Assembly (NCBI RefSeq): GCF_018977255.1
Contig: NW_024704743.1
Location: 69,752,001 to 69,816,000, forward strand
Source of the DNA: Callorhinchus milii
Lineage: Eukaryota
Length of the DNA stretch: 64,000 nt
Reading direction: 5' to 3'
The position numbers and the translations under genes were made by a program. Each line of letters starts with the position of its first letter. Within the stretch, counting starts at the first letter, position 1. This document shows positions 13,520 through 26,362 of the stretch, in pieces. The notes below the pieces were generated by a model. That model was not told the DNA's origin. It made no database searches and worked only from the letters and a program-made list of their open reading frames with translations.

Positions 13520-13890
13520 TTTTCTTGAAGGCTCAATTCCTTTGTTACTTTGTAAATCACCCACTGCTGCCTTGAAAAGATAGTATGCCTGTTGTTTCTG
13601 AAGTGGAAGTACCTCATAGAAACCACAGGAGTTGTGATTGGGATTTGACTTCAATCAAAGTGTATGTCTTTCAAGAGAGATCATATTCTTCTTGAATGTA
13701 CAGGCTTGTTGTCCATAATCCAATCTCATCCTGTAGCTACATGGATTTGTTCAGCAGTCTGAACACGAATACTCCAAACACACATTGGAACTTCTTCAAA
13801 CAGCACTTTTTGGGGATGTCAAACACAGTGATCATGGCAATAGGCTCAGAAAATAGCTGTAATTCTCATCCTGTTTCCAAGGGGAGTAAG
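13520..13890 (-). mobile_element. Possible Gypsy RT/RNase H linker relic
   Basis: Broken frames PKK...FQCVFGV, SLLKDIHFD*, ITTPVVSMRYF loosely follow LTR-retrotransposon connection-domain motifs. Confidence 0.25.
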
Positions 13891-15054
13891 TGATCTGACG
13901 ATTTGCAAGTCTCAATAGGGTATCAAATAAACCACTGTAATTTGAATATTCTATAGCCAAATTACCCCAATGCAGGACTATGAGTCTTTTGACTAATTCA
14001 ATAATCATATTTCGACTAGATTTTTCCTAGACATTGCAGTTTTCGTGTACAATAGTTGCATTAATAAATAATATTTTTTAAATCCTTGCAGTTGATATAG
14101 TGCCTTTCACATCAAGAGGATATCTCAAAGCATTTCACAGGACTTACTGTAAAATGTAGTGACTATATATTTTGTGGGTGAACAGGCAGTTAATTTGCCA
14201 CACAGTAGCTTCCTGCAAACCGCCATGAAGTGAATAACCAATTTATTCATTGTTTTTTCCAAGTATAAAAAATATAAAAAAAGGTTAATTGTTTCTGAAA
14301 CAATTTCACTATTTCCACAGTGTTCTATGCTTGTGTGTATGCAATGATTATTTCCTAGGGTTTTTTATATAATATTGACAATATTCTTTGTTGCTTTCTA
14401 GATTCTCTTTTTATTTTATTTTCTCTCAGATGTTTTTCATTTTTGCCTGCTTTCGTTTTTCCTTCGCATTCTCTCTCTTTCCTCTCATTCCTCCTTCCAT
14501 CTCTTTTAGTCTCAGTCCCATAATTCCTGTATGAAATGTCTGGCAGCCTAACCCCAAAACGCCTGCCAAGATTCTCTGAAATTTATGGAGAGCACACTAA
14601 TCTCTGCACCCATTAACTACTGTAGTTCAGTAGTATCCTGGTAGGCCCATACCAAGTGGAAGCTGTGCAAATTTGTTTCTGTATCTGTATTCAGGCTGTG
14701 ATTCCCTCAAATAACACAGGGTTCCCCATACTGCTAGAGTGGCTGTGAGCAGTTTTATCAGTAAGCAGGAGCTGGTAAGGTTTGACATATGGATACATAC
14801 CCTGGCCAAAATATGATTACTCCTGTTTTGGATCTAATTCAATAAAACAAAAAAAATCATGCTACCTGAATGGTAAGAATCTAAAAAAGATTAGTTAGCT
14901 GGGTTGACCAGCAGATTTACATTTAAGGTATTTATATATTTTGCCTAATCGCTTAAAAAATTATCTACAATTTCTATCAAAATAATTTAATGTAAAAAAT
15001 CTAATTTAAATAACCTGAATTTACAAACAAGGTTTGAATACAAAATACTATGCA

Positions 15055-15770
15055 AAATTACATTCGTATAGTGCCTTTCACATCAGGAAGACATGCCAAA
15101 GAGCTGGATAGTCAGGGATTTGGATCTGAGCTGGGGGTCGGGATCGGGGAGAGTGGAGGGCAGGGAGGATCGGAGGGTGGCCGAAGGCTTGGTCGAAGAG
15201 GAGAGTTTTAAGACGCCCTGAAGGATGCAAGAGAAGGAGCGAGGAGAAGGGAATGTGGGATGGAGTTCCAAAGGGTGGGGGCAGAAAGGCTGAAGGCCCG
15301 ACTGCTGATGGTGGGGCGGGCCAGATAGGGGACATGGAGCAGGCCAGAGCCTGCTGAGCGGAGGGAGCGGACAGGTTGCTGTGGGGTCAGCAGGTCGCAA
15401 AGGTAGGAAGGAGCAAGGCTGTGGAGGGCCTTAAAGGCAAGGACTAGGATTTTGAACTCTATCCTCTGGGGGATGGGGAGCCAGTGGAGTCAGGTGAGGG
15501 TCAGGTGATAGGGTCATGGAGCCTGATGCGGGAGAGGACATGAGCTGCAGAGTTCTGGATGATCTGCTGCTTGCGGAGGGAAGAGTTGGGAAGACTGACA
15601 AGCAGGAAGTTGGCATAGTCGAGCCTAGATGTGATAAATGCGTGGATGAGGGTTTCTGCGGCCTGAGGGGTGAGCCAGCGGCAGAACTGGGTGATGTTCT
15701 GGAGGTGGGCAAAGGCAGAGTGGGTCATGTCACGGATGTGGGGTAGAAAGGACAGTTGAGGGTCAAACAA
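15055..15770 (-). mobile_element. L2 LINE 3' portion
   Basis: FDPQLSFLPHI...AAETLIHAFITSRLDYANFLLVSLP...QIIQNSAAHVL; continues to the L2 3' tail. Confidence 0.95.
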
Positions 15771-15894
15771 GGTATTAAGGCATTGGATATTAAAATGTTA
15801 TATTTTATAAGATAACAATTATAATCTCTACACTTTGGAACTTGTGTTTTTTTATAATTTGGATTTATATACAATAGCTTATTGTAGAAGTAAC

Positions 15895-16225
15895 ACAATA
15901 CAAAATTACATTTGTAAACCGCCTTTCTTGTCGGGAGGACATCCCAAGTAGCATCTTAGAGCGTTTACGGTGGGCTGATGCCTGCCCGACTAAGTAAATT
16001 TTGAGATGGGACTTGAAGACCAATAGAGGAGTGATGTGTAAGCAGGTCGGAGAGGTAGGGAGGTGTCAGTATATGAAATGCTTTGTATGTGAGTGTGAGG
16101 ATCTTGAAATCTATCTGTTCTACAACAGGGAGCCAGTAGAGCCTGGCAAGAACTGGAGTGATTGGGGGTGCAGAACTTGGGACTTGTGAGAATTATGGGT
16201 GGTGGAGTGTGAATTGTTTTGTGAA
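15895..16225 (-). mobile_element. L2 3' fragments
   Basis: gtgaggatcttgaaatctat...gggagccagt (rc of LHWLP...RIDFKIL coding) and an L2 tail at 15895-15950. Confidence 0.65.
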
Positions 16226-17389
16226 AAATCATTTTTTGTCTAATTATCACAGGTAAGTGCTGATTAGCATAACATCATCTAAATGGTAATAGGGTAGGTT
16301 TGATTGTGAAACTCTCTACATCTGTTGTTTAAAGAAAGGAAGCAACTATTTTCAGATTGACAGCTCAAAACCACTATGATTACCTGCTCAATACTTCCAC
16401 TGGTTCTCTGCTGTTGCTGAGCTGAGGAACTCTAGGCTGATTGTATTGCTCTCTGGAGGATCATCTTCATTGTCATAACTACAACTGTTTGAGTGTCAAA
16501 TAAACAAATCTAATCCGTAGAATCAGAAGGGATCTCTACTACATGCAATTAAATCAAGAAACTCTTTGAACTTGGTCTTGTATAGAGTTTGCTCACTGGA
16601 AGTTATGGTTAACTGAAGCATGCTGCATCTTTCGTAAGTAACTGACCAGAATATCAAACTGGAGTTATTATATACTTATCATTGAAATAATAATTTCTTC
16701 ATAGTGTCTAACAATCTTCTGGACAAATTTGTCATTCACCTCTCAGCTATTTTGTGTGTCCTTGCTGTGAGCAAATTGACTGCTGTATTTGCCAACAAAA
16801 CAATCACTACCCTTGATACTTTGAGCACTTTGAAATGTTTGGCTGTGGTAAGGTGCAATAAAAATGAATTTTGTTTTTTGGAATTGTTGCCTTCTTCTCC
16901 CAGTCACCCCAAAAGGGTGTCTGTTCATACTTCTCCATTGGTCTATTCAGAAACACAACCATTTGCCAAGCAACATCTGGATAGGAACCCACCAAACATG
17001 TACAACAATGTATGCATTAGCCCATTGCTTCCTAATGAAATCCTGTTAACTTTGTTCAGGTGTCCATTGTGGGTTTCAAGAGGGAAGCAGACAGGTGAAT
17101 GACAGAGGCTTAAAGGGGTATGGGGATAGGGTACGGCAATGGAGTTGAATGGACAGCTTGCTCTGAGAGCTGGTGCAGACTCATTGGGTTGATTGGCTTC
17201 TTTTGTGCTGTAAATTTATATGATTCTAAATAGTACTAAGAATTGGTTACTGCTGCTTTCCTATTGGATTACACACTTTCTTTAAAGGTAGCAAAGTACC
17301 TCCTTATACCTTGGCAAAGCTACATTATAAAATATTTTAGTGATCTGTTACATATCATGTAATAGTTGTATATTCCTCTGTTAACTAAT

Positions 17390-17790
17390 AGCTCCATTAA
17401 CAAAATGAAATAGTGCCCAGTTCACACACGATCTCGATTCAGTGATTAAGCTGTTCCTCACCTTTTCCAGTCTCTGAGGAGCATATATCATCCATAAAAC
17501 AAATATTACAACAATATCAAGAGGACTATTGGTAAAGACGAAGAGCAGCATAACTTTAAAGATGGTCCTATGAGTTGATATTCTAATAAGACAAATGCTC
17601 ATTTATCATGACCAAGATTTCATCTTTCCACAGAATCGAATATGCAAACTAGCAGCTCACAAGATACACCACAGGATTGCAGCTTTGCAATAAGGCTGGG
17701 GCGGCGTACAACATTTAACTTTTCAGAATATCAATGGCTATTGCACTTTCATCCCGACTTTTGAAAGAATCGGTTTGTTCCTATATCACA
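17390..17790 (-). mobile_element. Old CR1-group LINE RT relic
   Basis: Frameshifted AIDILK...PSLIAKLQSCGVS.ELL...GTIF..MLLFVFTN...MDD parallels ALDISKAFD.V.H..L..KL...G...GSILGP.LF..FIND...ADD. Confidence 0.55.
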
Positions 17791-19069
17791 TGAATTTTCA
17801 GAAAAATCTAGGAAATTAAGAAGATTGCATATAGGAGTCTGCAGTAAAAAAAAATCTTCCATTTGATATAGGCCTGGAAGGAAGTCTCAAAGTGCTTCAG
17901 GGGATTACTGTAAAGTTGTATTTAATGTCTACTGTGGTGAACATCTGCAAAAATGTTGGGAAGCATTATCATTTCTAAAAGCTTCCATGGTGCAAAAAAG
18001 GACAGGAGAACAAAATGGCTTCCTTCTGCAGATATTGTAATTATATTAGGTTTGCTATACAGCTTTGTTTCTCACTTTAGGGGTTTTCACCAACCCCAAT
18101 CCAAGGTAGACTCAAATTAATCTTTCGCACCTCTAATGCAGATATTGCAATCTAAATCTTATTGAAGCTAATTTATTGGCAAAACAAGTTCTTGCAGTTA
18201 TGATGGTTTCACTTTCCATTCACTGTGGTTTCTATAAACTCGGAGAAAATTGAGAATTTGCTAAGGTATCAAAATAATACATTAAAGTAAGAAGGAACAG
18301 TTTATTCTACCTAGATAAGTGAAACAAGAGGCCTTGGCTGGCTCTTTAAGGAGAATGGAGATACTCCATGGAGATATCAGTTTTAATGTTGCCGTTTATT
18401 AACAAGATTAAAAGTACAATGCATGCATATTAATATACCATTGTGGTTTCATAAACCACAATTGAATGTTAATTTGAAAGAATATTATTGTGCATTAGAA
18501 GTACTCAATTTTGTTGTAGTCAAACCAAAGTAAATAACTGAGTTGCCCTTTCCTTAAGTACATTTACTATAATTCAAATGGCTTCACACAAACCAAATTA
18601 AAATGCGTAGCACTTGATTCTTCCTCTACAGTTCTATGGACAGCAAAATGAAAAAGACAAATCAGCTGCGAAATCAAAGTTGTGATTCAGTAAATCAATT
18701 AGACTGCAAGATAAAACTGATCAAAAGCAATCAATTGGTATGATAAATATCATGGAAAAACTTCTCGTAGAGGAGGAAAATCAGCCAGAGGCCGTGATTC
18801 TTATGAAATCCAATGATAAAAGGAAGTGCAAGATGAAGATCTTGCAAAGTATATTTACATCTTACATTTATTTAGTGCTTTCACATTGGAAGACATCTCA
18901 AAGTTCTTCACAAGGGTGATTGGAAATCGAAGCTTGGAGATGAGGTGGGGTGTGGGGGGATGAAAGCAGGTAGACAGCCACAACTTCAACAATGTACATT
19001 TACAGCACCTGTCACTTCCAAGAAATGCTCCAAAGCACTTTACAGAATGAGAATAATAAGTAACTAACT

Positions 19070-19550
19070 AACAACAACTTCCATTTATATAGCGCCCCTC
19101 ACGCAGGGTAGCGTCCCAGAGTGCTTGACAGTGGCAGAGCACGACGCTGAGCCAGGGAGAGAGCGAGGTGACCTTAGGCACGGTTGACTAGAAAGGTCTT
19201 CAGGCGAGACCTAAAGATGGGGAAGGAAGGCGCAAGGCAGAGGGATAGAGGGAAAGTGTTTCAGAGTTTCAGGGCATAGTGTCTGAAAGCCTGTAAAATG
19301 GTGGAACAGAGGGCACAAGGAACATGCTGAAGGGCAGAGCCAATAGAGCAGAGGCAGCGGGTTGTGGGATAAGGAGGTTGGAGAGATAGGGAACTGCCAG
19401 GACATGAAGGGATTTGAAAATGAATGTGAGGATCTTGAAATCGATCCGTTTGGCGACAGGGAGCCAGTGAAGCCTGGCTAGAACTGGTGTGATGGGGTTT
19501 CAGAGTTTAGTAAGGGTGAGTATGCAGGCAATGAGTTTTGGATCAGCTAA
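19070..19550 (-). mobile_element. L2 LINE 3' end
   Basis: acaacaacttccatttatatagcgcccctcacgcagggtag tail; gtgaggatcttgaaatcgatcc...gggagccagtgaag. Confidence 0.85.
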
Positions 19551-19639
19551 ATGTTTTAGAGGCAATTGCAGCGCCTAATTGGAGTCAGCAATGTCCCACA
19601 AACAACGAGATGAAGAGTGAATTGATTAAAATTTGAGAG

Positions 19640-19920
19640 TAAAGTTGGCAGAGTAGCCAAGGTAATCATTTATGGAATTCAGTCAGGATAGATTTCTAAA
19701 ACAGAATGCCTCAAAATCAACCACAGATCAGATGATACTGAATTTAGTTATGAGTAATAATCCTGAAATAGTTACCAATCTGGTGGTAAGGAAACATATT
19801 GGAAATCGAGAAAATAATATAATTGAATTCTGTATCAGGTTTAAGTTTACAAAAAGGGTCACATATACAAATAGATTTGTACTACAGGAAGGCCAACTTT
19901 GAAGGGATGGAGAGGAATTG
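19640..19920 (+). mobile_element. CR1 endonuclease-region fragment
   Basis: FLKQ...ILNLVMSNNPEIVTNLVVRKHIGNRENNIIEF resembles LDLV..N..LV..L.V.E.LG.SDHN.I.F. Confidence 0.7.
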
Positions 19921-20628
19921 ATGACATTTTTTGGTCAGCCGCATGTCTGATACATGCGGAAACCTATCACCATGTTTAAGAGTACTCAAATCAGACTGAG
20001 AATTCCACATGCACCTTATTACATCTCAAGGCGCTTCACAGAATATACTGTGAAGTGAATTTACTGTATATTTTGTGGGCGAAACACGACTGCCAATTGC
20101 GCACAGCAGTGTCCCACAATCAGTCGTGGATTGAAGTGACCAATTTATTATTTTTTTTGAAAGAATTATTACCCCTGGAAAAGTGATCCACCCAGACACA
20201 TGGACATTTCCCTGTGTCTGGGTGGAGTGCACACTTTCCTTGGAGGGATACATCATGCTTACCTAAGGGCTCAAACTTGCCCTTGTCGTTCAATCAGCGT
20301 GGCAACCTTTCAAATAATCTTTTCAAATCATTAAACATTGCATTTGTGTACAATGTATTTTGCAGGACAAATATTGGCACGTTTGCCCAGTATATCTTGT
20401 GAAGCGCTACAGAGACTGAATATCACTATTGTGATACTGAGCAACAGGGAGAAATCTTAAAGGGAGTTCTTTCATGTGTCCTGGTCAACAACCCTCAAGT
20501 GAAATTGGTCATTCGTTTCATGGCTGGTGGTATGACATTGCTGTGTAAAATTAGGCTGCCACTTTCACCTACAAACACACAGTCATTCCACTTTATAGTA
20601 AATCCTGTGAAGTGCTTTCCAACACATA

Positions 20629-20663
20629 CTAATAATAACAATAATAATAACAATAATAATAAC

Positions 20664-20699
<36 letters not shown>

Positions 20700-21002
20700 C
20701 CTTGCATTTGATATAGCGCTTTTCACGTCGGGAGCACGTCCCAAAGCGCTTCACAGAACACACTGTAAAGTGAATTAACTGTATATTTGTGGGTGAACGC
20801 GGCAGCCAATTGCGCACAGCAATGTCCCACAAACAGTCGTAGATTGAAAATGAGCAATTTATTATTGTTTTGGGTTTTTTGGCGGGATTATTATTAGGCG
20901 TTTGGAGTAAGGAAACTTGCCCAAGGTTTCGCCCTGCCTGGATTTGAACTCAGGTCTCTCACTTGCAAAGCGAGTGCTCTAACCACGGAGCTACAGGACT
21001 CT
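20629..21002 (-). mobile_element. Full-length tRNA-derived L2-tailed SINE (short subfamily) with a 70-bp (AAT/AAC)n tail
   Basis: Reverse complement closely matches 4965-5282. Confidence 0.92.
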
Positions 21003-21427
21003 TTCGCTGTGGAAGATGCTACACCAAATGCATTTTTAAAAAAAACTGCAAGTCAACAACAACAACATTACATTTGTATAGGTCATTTAACGTCGGGAGG
21101 ACATCCCAAGGCCTGGGACAGACAGAGTTTCGGAAGTCATTTAAGATCAGGGTTTCATTTTGTTCTGCAGATGTAATCTGACCAGGTTTCAACTGTATTG
21201 TGAAAAAGATAATAAATCAGAACCATAAAATTATAGATCAGTATCGCATGCAGATGTGCTATGAGTTTGTTTTATGAGATCAAATTCATCAACATGTAAA
21301 AAAAGTGGACAAGGCTATAGAGAGGAAAGTTATTAGAGAGTGCAGGGAAAGAGCAGGAATTGGGAACAGAAAAGGAAAGAAAGGCTTCTTGGAGGATCAA
21401 ACAAGGACATGGAAAAATAGGCTGAAT

Positions 21428-21800
21428 GGTAGCAATGTTCTCATACATTTCATGTCAAACTGTACTGCTCACCAGCAAGCTTGTAGGGAGTTCCTGGTAC
21501 CAGCTATTCACCTAATGTGAGCTCAAACCTGCAGTTGTCAAATGTCAAATGACCAACTAGTGACTTCGCAGGAGGTAAGTGGGGTCTCCTTGGGTCTGAG
21601 CTGGCTGAGCTGGACTTCCCAATAGAGTGTTGAAATCAAGTTAATCCTCTGTGAAAGTCCCATTAGTACTTGCCTGAGTCAGGCAAGGCCACCAGTACAA
21701 GAGGACACCGCTGATGACAGACCAAGCACCCTGGCTCATCGCAGTGTTTGGAGGTGTGACCAGTCACTCAGAATAGGGAGTTTTCCCATTCACCTTATGG
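21428..21800 (+). repeat. Copy of the unassigned dispersed family
   Basis: Colinear with 4760-5400 and 24865-25210. Confidence 0.7.
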
Positions 21801-23059
21801 AAACAGGATAATTACAAGTAAACCTGACAGATTTTTGAACGGAGCAGTGAACAAATCAAATTAAATAGTAAGAAGTGCTGAATATGGAGTTATGGGTAAT
21901 GAATAGTACAAAATGCATCCTGCACTGAAATTATACATCTACAGTACATGTTTTGAAGTGATTAGTTCACTTTATATAGAAGGGCTGGATGGGCTGGGCC
22001 GCTATGGCTTGCTCAATTCAGTGTACTATTGATAGCACATTTGCTTAGTAGGCTTGGAACACGACTCCTTGCCAGAATGGTATACTTTACCACTGTAAAG
22101 CACTCCTTCTGGCAGTTTAGCTAAAATTTACCGTTAGAGGGCAGCTGAGCTTAAATTAGATTTAAACCTGGGGTCTATGAGCAAGAGTCCGAATGCTTCT
22201 GAGACCCTCTGGAGTGGACATTTATATATAAAGCAAATTTCTTCGCCGCATAAATAAATAATAATAAAAATAATACCTCTGGAAAGGGCAATAAAATATT
22301 TGACTTTTGTTTGAAAATTATAGAAATTCTATGCTTATTCTGAACTTATTTAATTCTAAATAAATAAAACTAATATTTTAAATACAATGTAATGGGCTCA
22401 TCATTATTGTAATTTATCAAACGAGTGTATATTTTATGCATGTTCTGATAACCAGCATCAGCCATATGGCTTGTTTTGCAACAACATGGTATTCATAGAA
22501 GATATGGATAGAAAAACTAAGGTTTTGAGTTAAAAACAATTGAGAGTTTCTCTCTCACGCTACAATAATACTCAGTGTCCACAAAAAAAGCACCAAAACA
22601 CTAAATAACAATGATGGCTTCTGATGGCATATGTGCAACCTGATCTAGGAAAGCAAGTTGCCATTTGACCATCTTTTGCAGGGCAGATTTGAAATCAGTA
22701 ATGGAGGACAAAACTAAGTAACTGGCAGTGTATTAAAAAAAGTCTTTGCCTTATGTTAGGACTGGAATAGAAATAACTATGACAGCTACAGTTTGTAAAA
22801 ATTCAGTAATGACTTCTGAATTCATCCTCAAAAACTATGCCAAGTGACACAGTAATCCCTTGCATTTTATGTAACAGGAGAATTTGTTGAGTTTCTGTCT
22901 GAAACAGTGAAGCTGAGAATTCACAAACACAATGTGGGAGGATGTATTATGTGATGTGATATATAACACACTTCTCCTGACCCCTCATAACTATAATGAC
23001 TGCTGTTACTTAAGGAGTTTAAAATGTAATTAGTTCCTGCCTAAGCATTGGTGAAATAC

Positions 23060-23236
23060 TCGCCTTGCCGCCTCCTTCCCCATCTTCAGGTCATGCCTGA
23101 AGAAGCTCCTCTTCGACCGAGCCTAAGGACACCTCACTCCTCACCCCGGCTTGGCATTGTGCTCCGCCACTGTCAAGTGCTCTGGGGCGCTACCCTGCGC
23201 GAGGTACGCTATATAAATGAAAGTTGTTATTGTTGA
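23060..23236 (+). mobile_element. L2 3' end
   Basis: ctcttcgaccgagcc...ctaccctgcgcgaggtacgctatataaatgaaagttgttattgtt. Confidence 0.8.
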
Positions 23237-24469
23237 AGTATTTGTTACCCAAACCGCATGCCAAGTAAACAGACATTGCAAAAAGTCACAATCAAATCTC
23301 ATCAAAAATTTTCGGTTACCAATTCTGTCTATAGAGATGGAAATCAATACTCTTTTTGGTGCATGACATATAATGTTGTGTAAGGTATTCCCCTATCCCC
23401 CAGTGGATCAAGTTCAGATCCTCATCCTAACCTTTAAATGCCTCGATGGTTTTGCCCCCTCAACTCTGCAACCTCCTCAAGTGCTGTCAAGCTGCCCATT
23501 CCTTCCGCTCAGCTGGCACCAGCCTGCTTCACGTTTGACCTCCCCCACCATCAGTGAGGCAGGGGACATGAAGCAGGCTGGTGCCTGTTGAGCAGATTCG
23601 AGTAGTTTGTAATTTTTAAATACTGTACTTTGGATAACTAGCCAACTCTGATAAATAGCCTGAGCTATTTCCCTTGGGGTGACGGGTCATCACCGTTTCA
23701 CTGTATCTATCTCTTCTGGTAGTGATAGATGTAAAGAAGCCACAGTTGGAGCGTTGGTGTACTTGTTTAGGGAACTGGGGAGAAGGTACCAAATAAAAAG
23801 TCAGTTTTTTGAAGTCTTAGTAAAATTAACACATGAATAGCAAGAGGGAAAATATTGAAGTTTCAGGAGTATGGACATTTTGCTCATTTACAATGAGAAT
23901 TGCAAGTTTCGTCTGATCACTGCTAATGGAACATAACAGTTAGGGAAAACATGGTAGAAAACAGTAACTAAAACATTTAATTAATGCTGGAACCCAATTA
24001 AGCTGGGAAATTTACAACTGCCTCTGAAGCTTCTTGAACCTGGGTGCATTTAAGAATTGTCTGAATGACAGCATGTCTGAAATTTATTCATAGTGTTGTA
24101 GGCATATGTAAGGATGAAAGGAAGGCAAGAGCATACAAGTGAAGTATTCTCCAAAGATTCAAACTGACTTATCTGAACCTCATTAAGCAGAAAAACAGTG
24201 AAGTCTAAGACTCTCTTCTAGTTAATGATAGGAAAGTGTTGTACACTGATGTTCCAAGTACCCAAATATTGATTATAATATAATTTACAATATAGTTTAC
24301 ATTTATATAGCACCTGTCAGGTCAGAAGGACACCTCAAGGTGCTTCGCATAGGCACCCAAGCTGCAGATGGGAGCCGAGGGGAGTGGGGAGTGGAAAGAT
24401 GACTGAAAGTATGGTCAAATAGGTATTAATTGGAAGATGCACGAGTCCCAAGGTAAGATACAACAATCC

Positions 24470-24865
24470 CAATTGTTGATTGTTATTAGTATCTGGGAGT
24501 TATGGTGGACATCAATTTTTGTGTGGACGCTGTCCAAGCTGAGAAGGAAGGAAGAGTACTTTGGTCGTTCTTGTCTGTCTTCAAGCACAACAAGATCCCA
24601 ATGTAGGTTCAACTTATAGCATATAGACATGTGTCCAAACAATTCTCCTTCATGGTACCGAACTTCTGGGATTGAAGAGGGGACGTTTCTTTCAACCCAT
24701 TAATGAAGTTCAGGACCCAGCAATGAGCTATATTTATGGTAACTAGGCATAAGAACATAAGAATGCAAAGAGGTAAGTAGCTGCTGCTCAAGATCTGCAC
24801 CTCCATCTTGATGGATCCATCACTCAATGGGTAGTGATGTGTCCGAGCTGTAGGCAGGAAGATGG
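24470..24865 (+). mobile_element. Old non-LTR (RTE/Rex-like) ORF2 C-terminal relic
   Basis: IVDCY*YLGVMVD (V..YKYLGV.ID) followed by ILLHGTELLG (P.L.YG.E.W). Confidence 0.5.
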
Positions 24866-25480
24866 TGGCAATGCTCTTATACATTTCATACTGAGCTGCT
24901 ATCCATATATTAAGGGTTCAAACCTGCGCTTGTCAGATATCAAATGACCAACCTCCTGAGCGAAGGTGGGGGGGGAAGTGGGTTCCCTTGGAGCTGAACT
25001 GCTTCCAAGGTGAAATGCTTGCCAACAGAATGTCGGAATTGAATCAACTTTCTTTGGTTGGTGGCAGTTTTGGTAGTCCAGTTCCTGAGTCAGCTGGGTT
25101 GACAGTACTCCAGAGCAATGCTGATGATAGACCAACCAGCCTAGCTCATCCGCAGGGTTTGGAGGGGTGGTTCACTCACTGGGAGCAAGGAATCTTACTA
25201 CTCAGATCCTGTTAATCTTGCCAGCCAAAACCCAATGGATAGGGTTCTAACTGGATAACAGTGCTCTCAATAGCAAGCTCTACAGTTGTAGTGAGTTAAT
25301 TTCCAGTAGTACACTCTGAGGTCCCTAAGCCTTGGCTCTTGCCAACCTTATGTAACCAGGTTGTGGAAAATTTCCATGCGTTGGTGGTATTCATATGTGG
25401 GACTATTTGGATTAGATTCTCTTAAGCATGGTGCTGGGTTTCCACATGAGTCATCACCCAGCTGACTAAAAAAACCTATG
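24865..25480 (+). repeat. Copy of the unassigned dispersed family, abutting the LINE relic
   Basis: Colinear with 4760-5800 and 52310-52720. Confidence 0.7.
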
Positions 25481-25633
25481 TACTCAAAGTCTCCCCATGT
25501 CTGTGAAAGTCAATAGAGACATGAACCTAATTGTGACTAGGTCATTTTATCCGGGGACAAGTGTCAGAAGCCATGGCAAGAAATATCATTAGACAGAAAG
25601 GTGGAAAGAGAACAACAGTTTGATGCCATTTTA

Positions 25634-26030
25634 AGATTTCCAAGCAATCTTGGAACTGTGGATTGCATTCATGTGGGATTGAAAGTTTTCGCAATAATGG
25701 ATACAATCATCAACAGGAAGAGTTTCCACTCCATCAGTGTGTAATTGGTATGCGATACACGCCAAAGAATCATTCATGTCAGCCCACAATACCCTGGCTT
25801 AGAAAATTAACCCTTTGCTTTGAATTATTCAATTGTTGCTGTTGCCTCAAGATTCAAGAAATTCTCCAAGAATGGCTTCTGAGAAAAAGGATGAAGGGCT
25901 GTGATGTTGGCTACTGATCCCTATAACAGATCAACAAACCACAATATGAAGGCGATAGAAGGAGACTCATCAATTAATGAGGACAGGGGTGTACTTGGGT
26001 TTTCAGAGAGGCTGTTGCAAATTGCAGACA
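25634..26030 (+). mobile_element. PIF/Harbinger transposase relic (HARBI1-like DDE domain), stop-disrupted
   Basis: RFPSNLGTVDCIHVGLK...NRKSFHSISV*LVCDTRQRIIHVSPQYPG then WLL and WLLIPITDQQT...RR*KETH...R, matching FP...G.IDCTH, NRKG.HS.NVQ.VCD, YPGS.HD, WLLGD, WLMTP. Confidence 0.85.
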
Positions 26031-26184
26031 CCCACACTCTGTAGATTCTTAAGCAGCTCATGCCAATTGGTCATTTGGGACTTCTGAGGAAGGTAAGATG
26101 TTCACACTTTCAACTCAAGCTGTTTGAATACCCAATTTTGGGCATTCCGGTGGAGTTCTTTAGCTCAATGTTTAGAGGATGTGC

Positions 26185-26362
26185 ATCACAAGCGAGAGGA
26201 CCTGGGTTCGATTCCCGGGCAGGGTGAAACATTCCCTTATTCCACATGCCTTTGTTTACCAAGCAGTAAGTAGGAATCCGGTTGTCCTAAAGTGAAGCGC
26301 TTTGAGATGTAATAAGGCCATATATCAAGTGCAATGATCAGTATTATTATGGTTATTATTAT
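26185..26362 (+). mobile_element. Internally deleted tRNA-SINE copy
   Basis: gacctgggttcgattcccgggcagggtgaaac...ttccacatgcctttgtttaccaagcagtaagtaggaa joined directly to the tail. Confidence 0.65.

Noticed and set aside
17462..17567. Membrane-protein-like exon on minus strand with gtgagg donor
   Set aside because: Sequence is better explained as the RT motif region of a decayed LINE
18632..18737. Possible plus-strand exon ttcttcctctacag...ttg|gtatga
   Set aside because: One open frame but no recognisable product or neighbouring exons
22130..22146. CTCF-like motif ccgttagagggcagc
   Set aside because: Single motif match, probably inside an old SINE head; no supporting evidence
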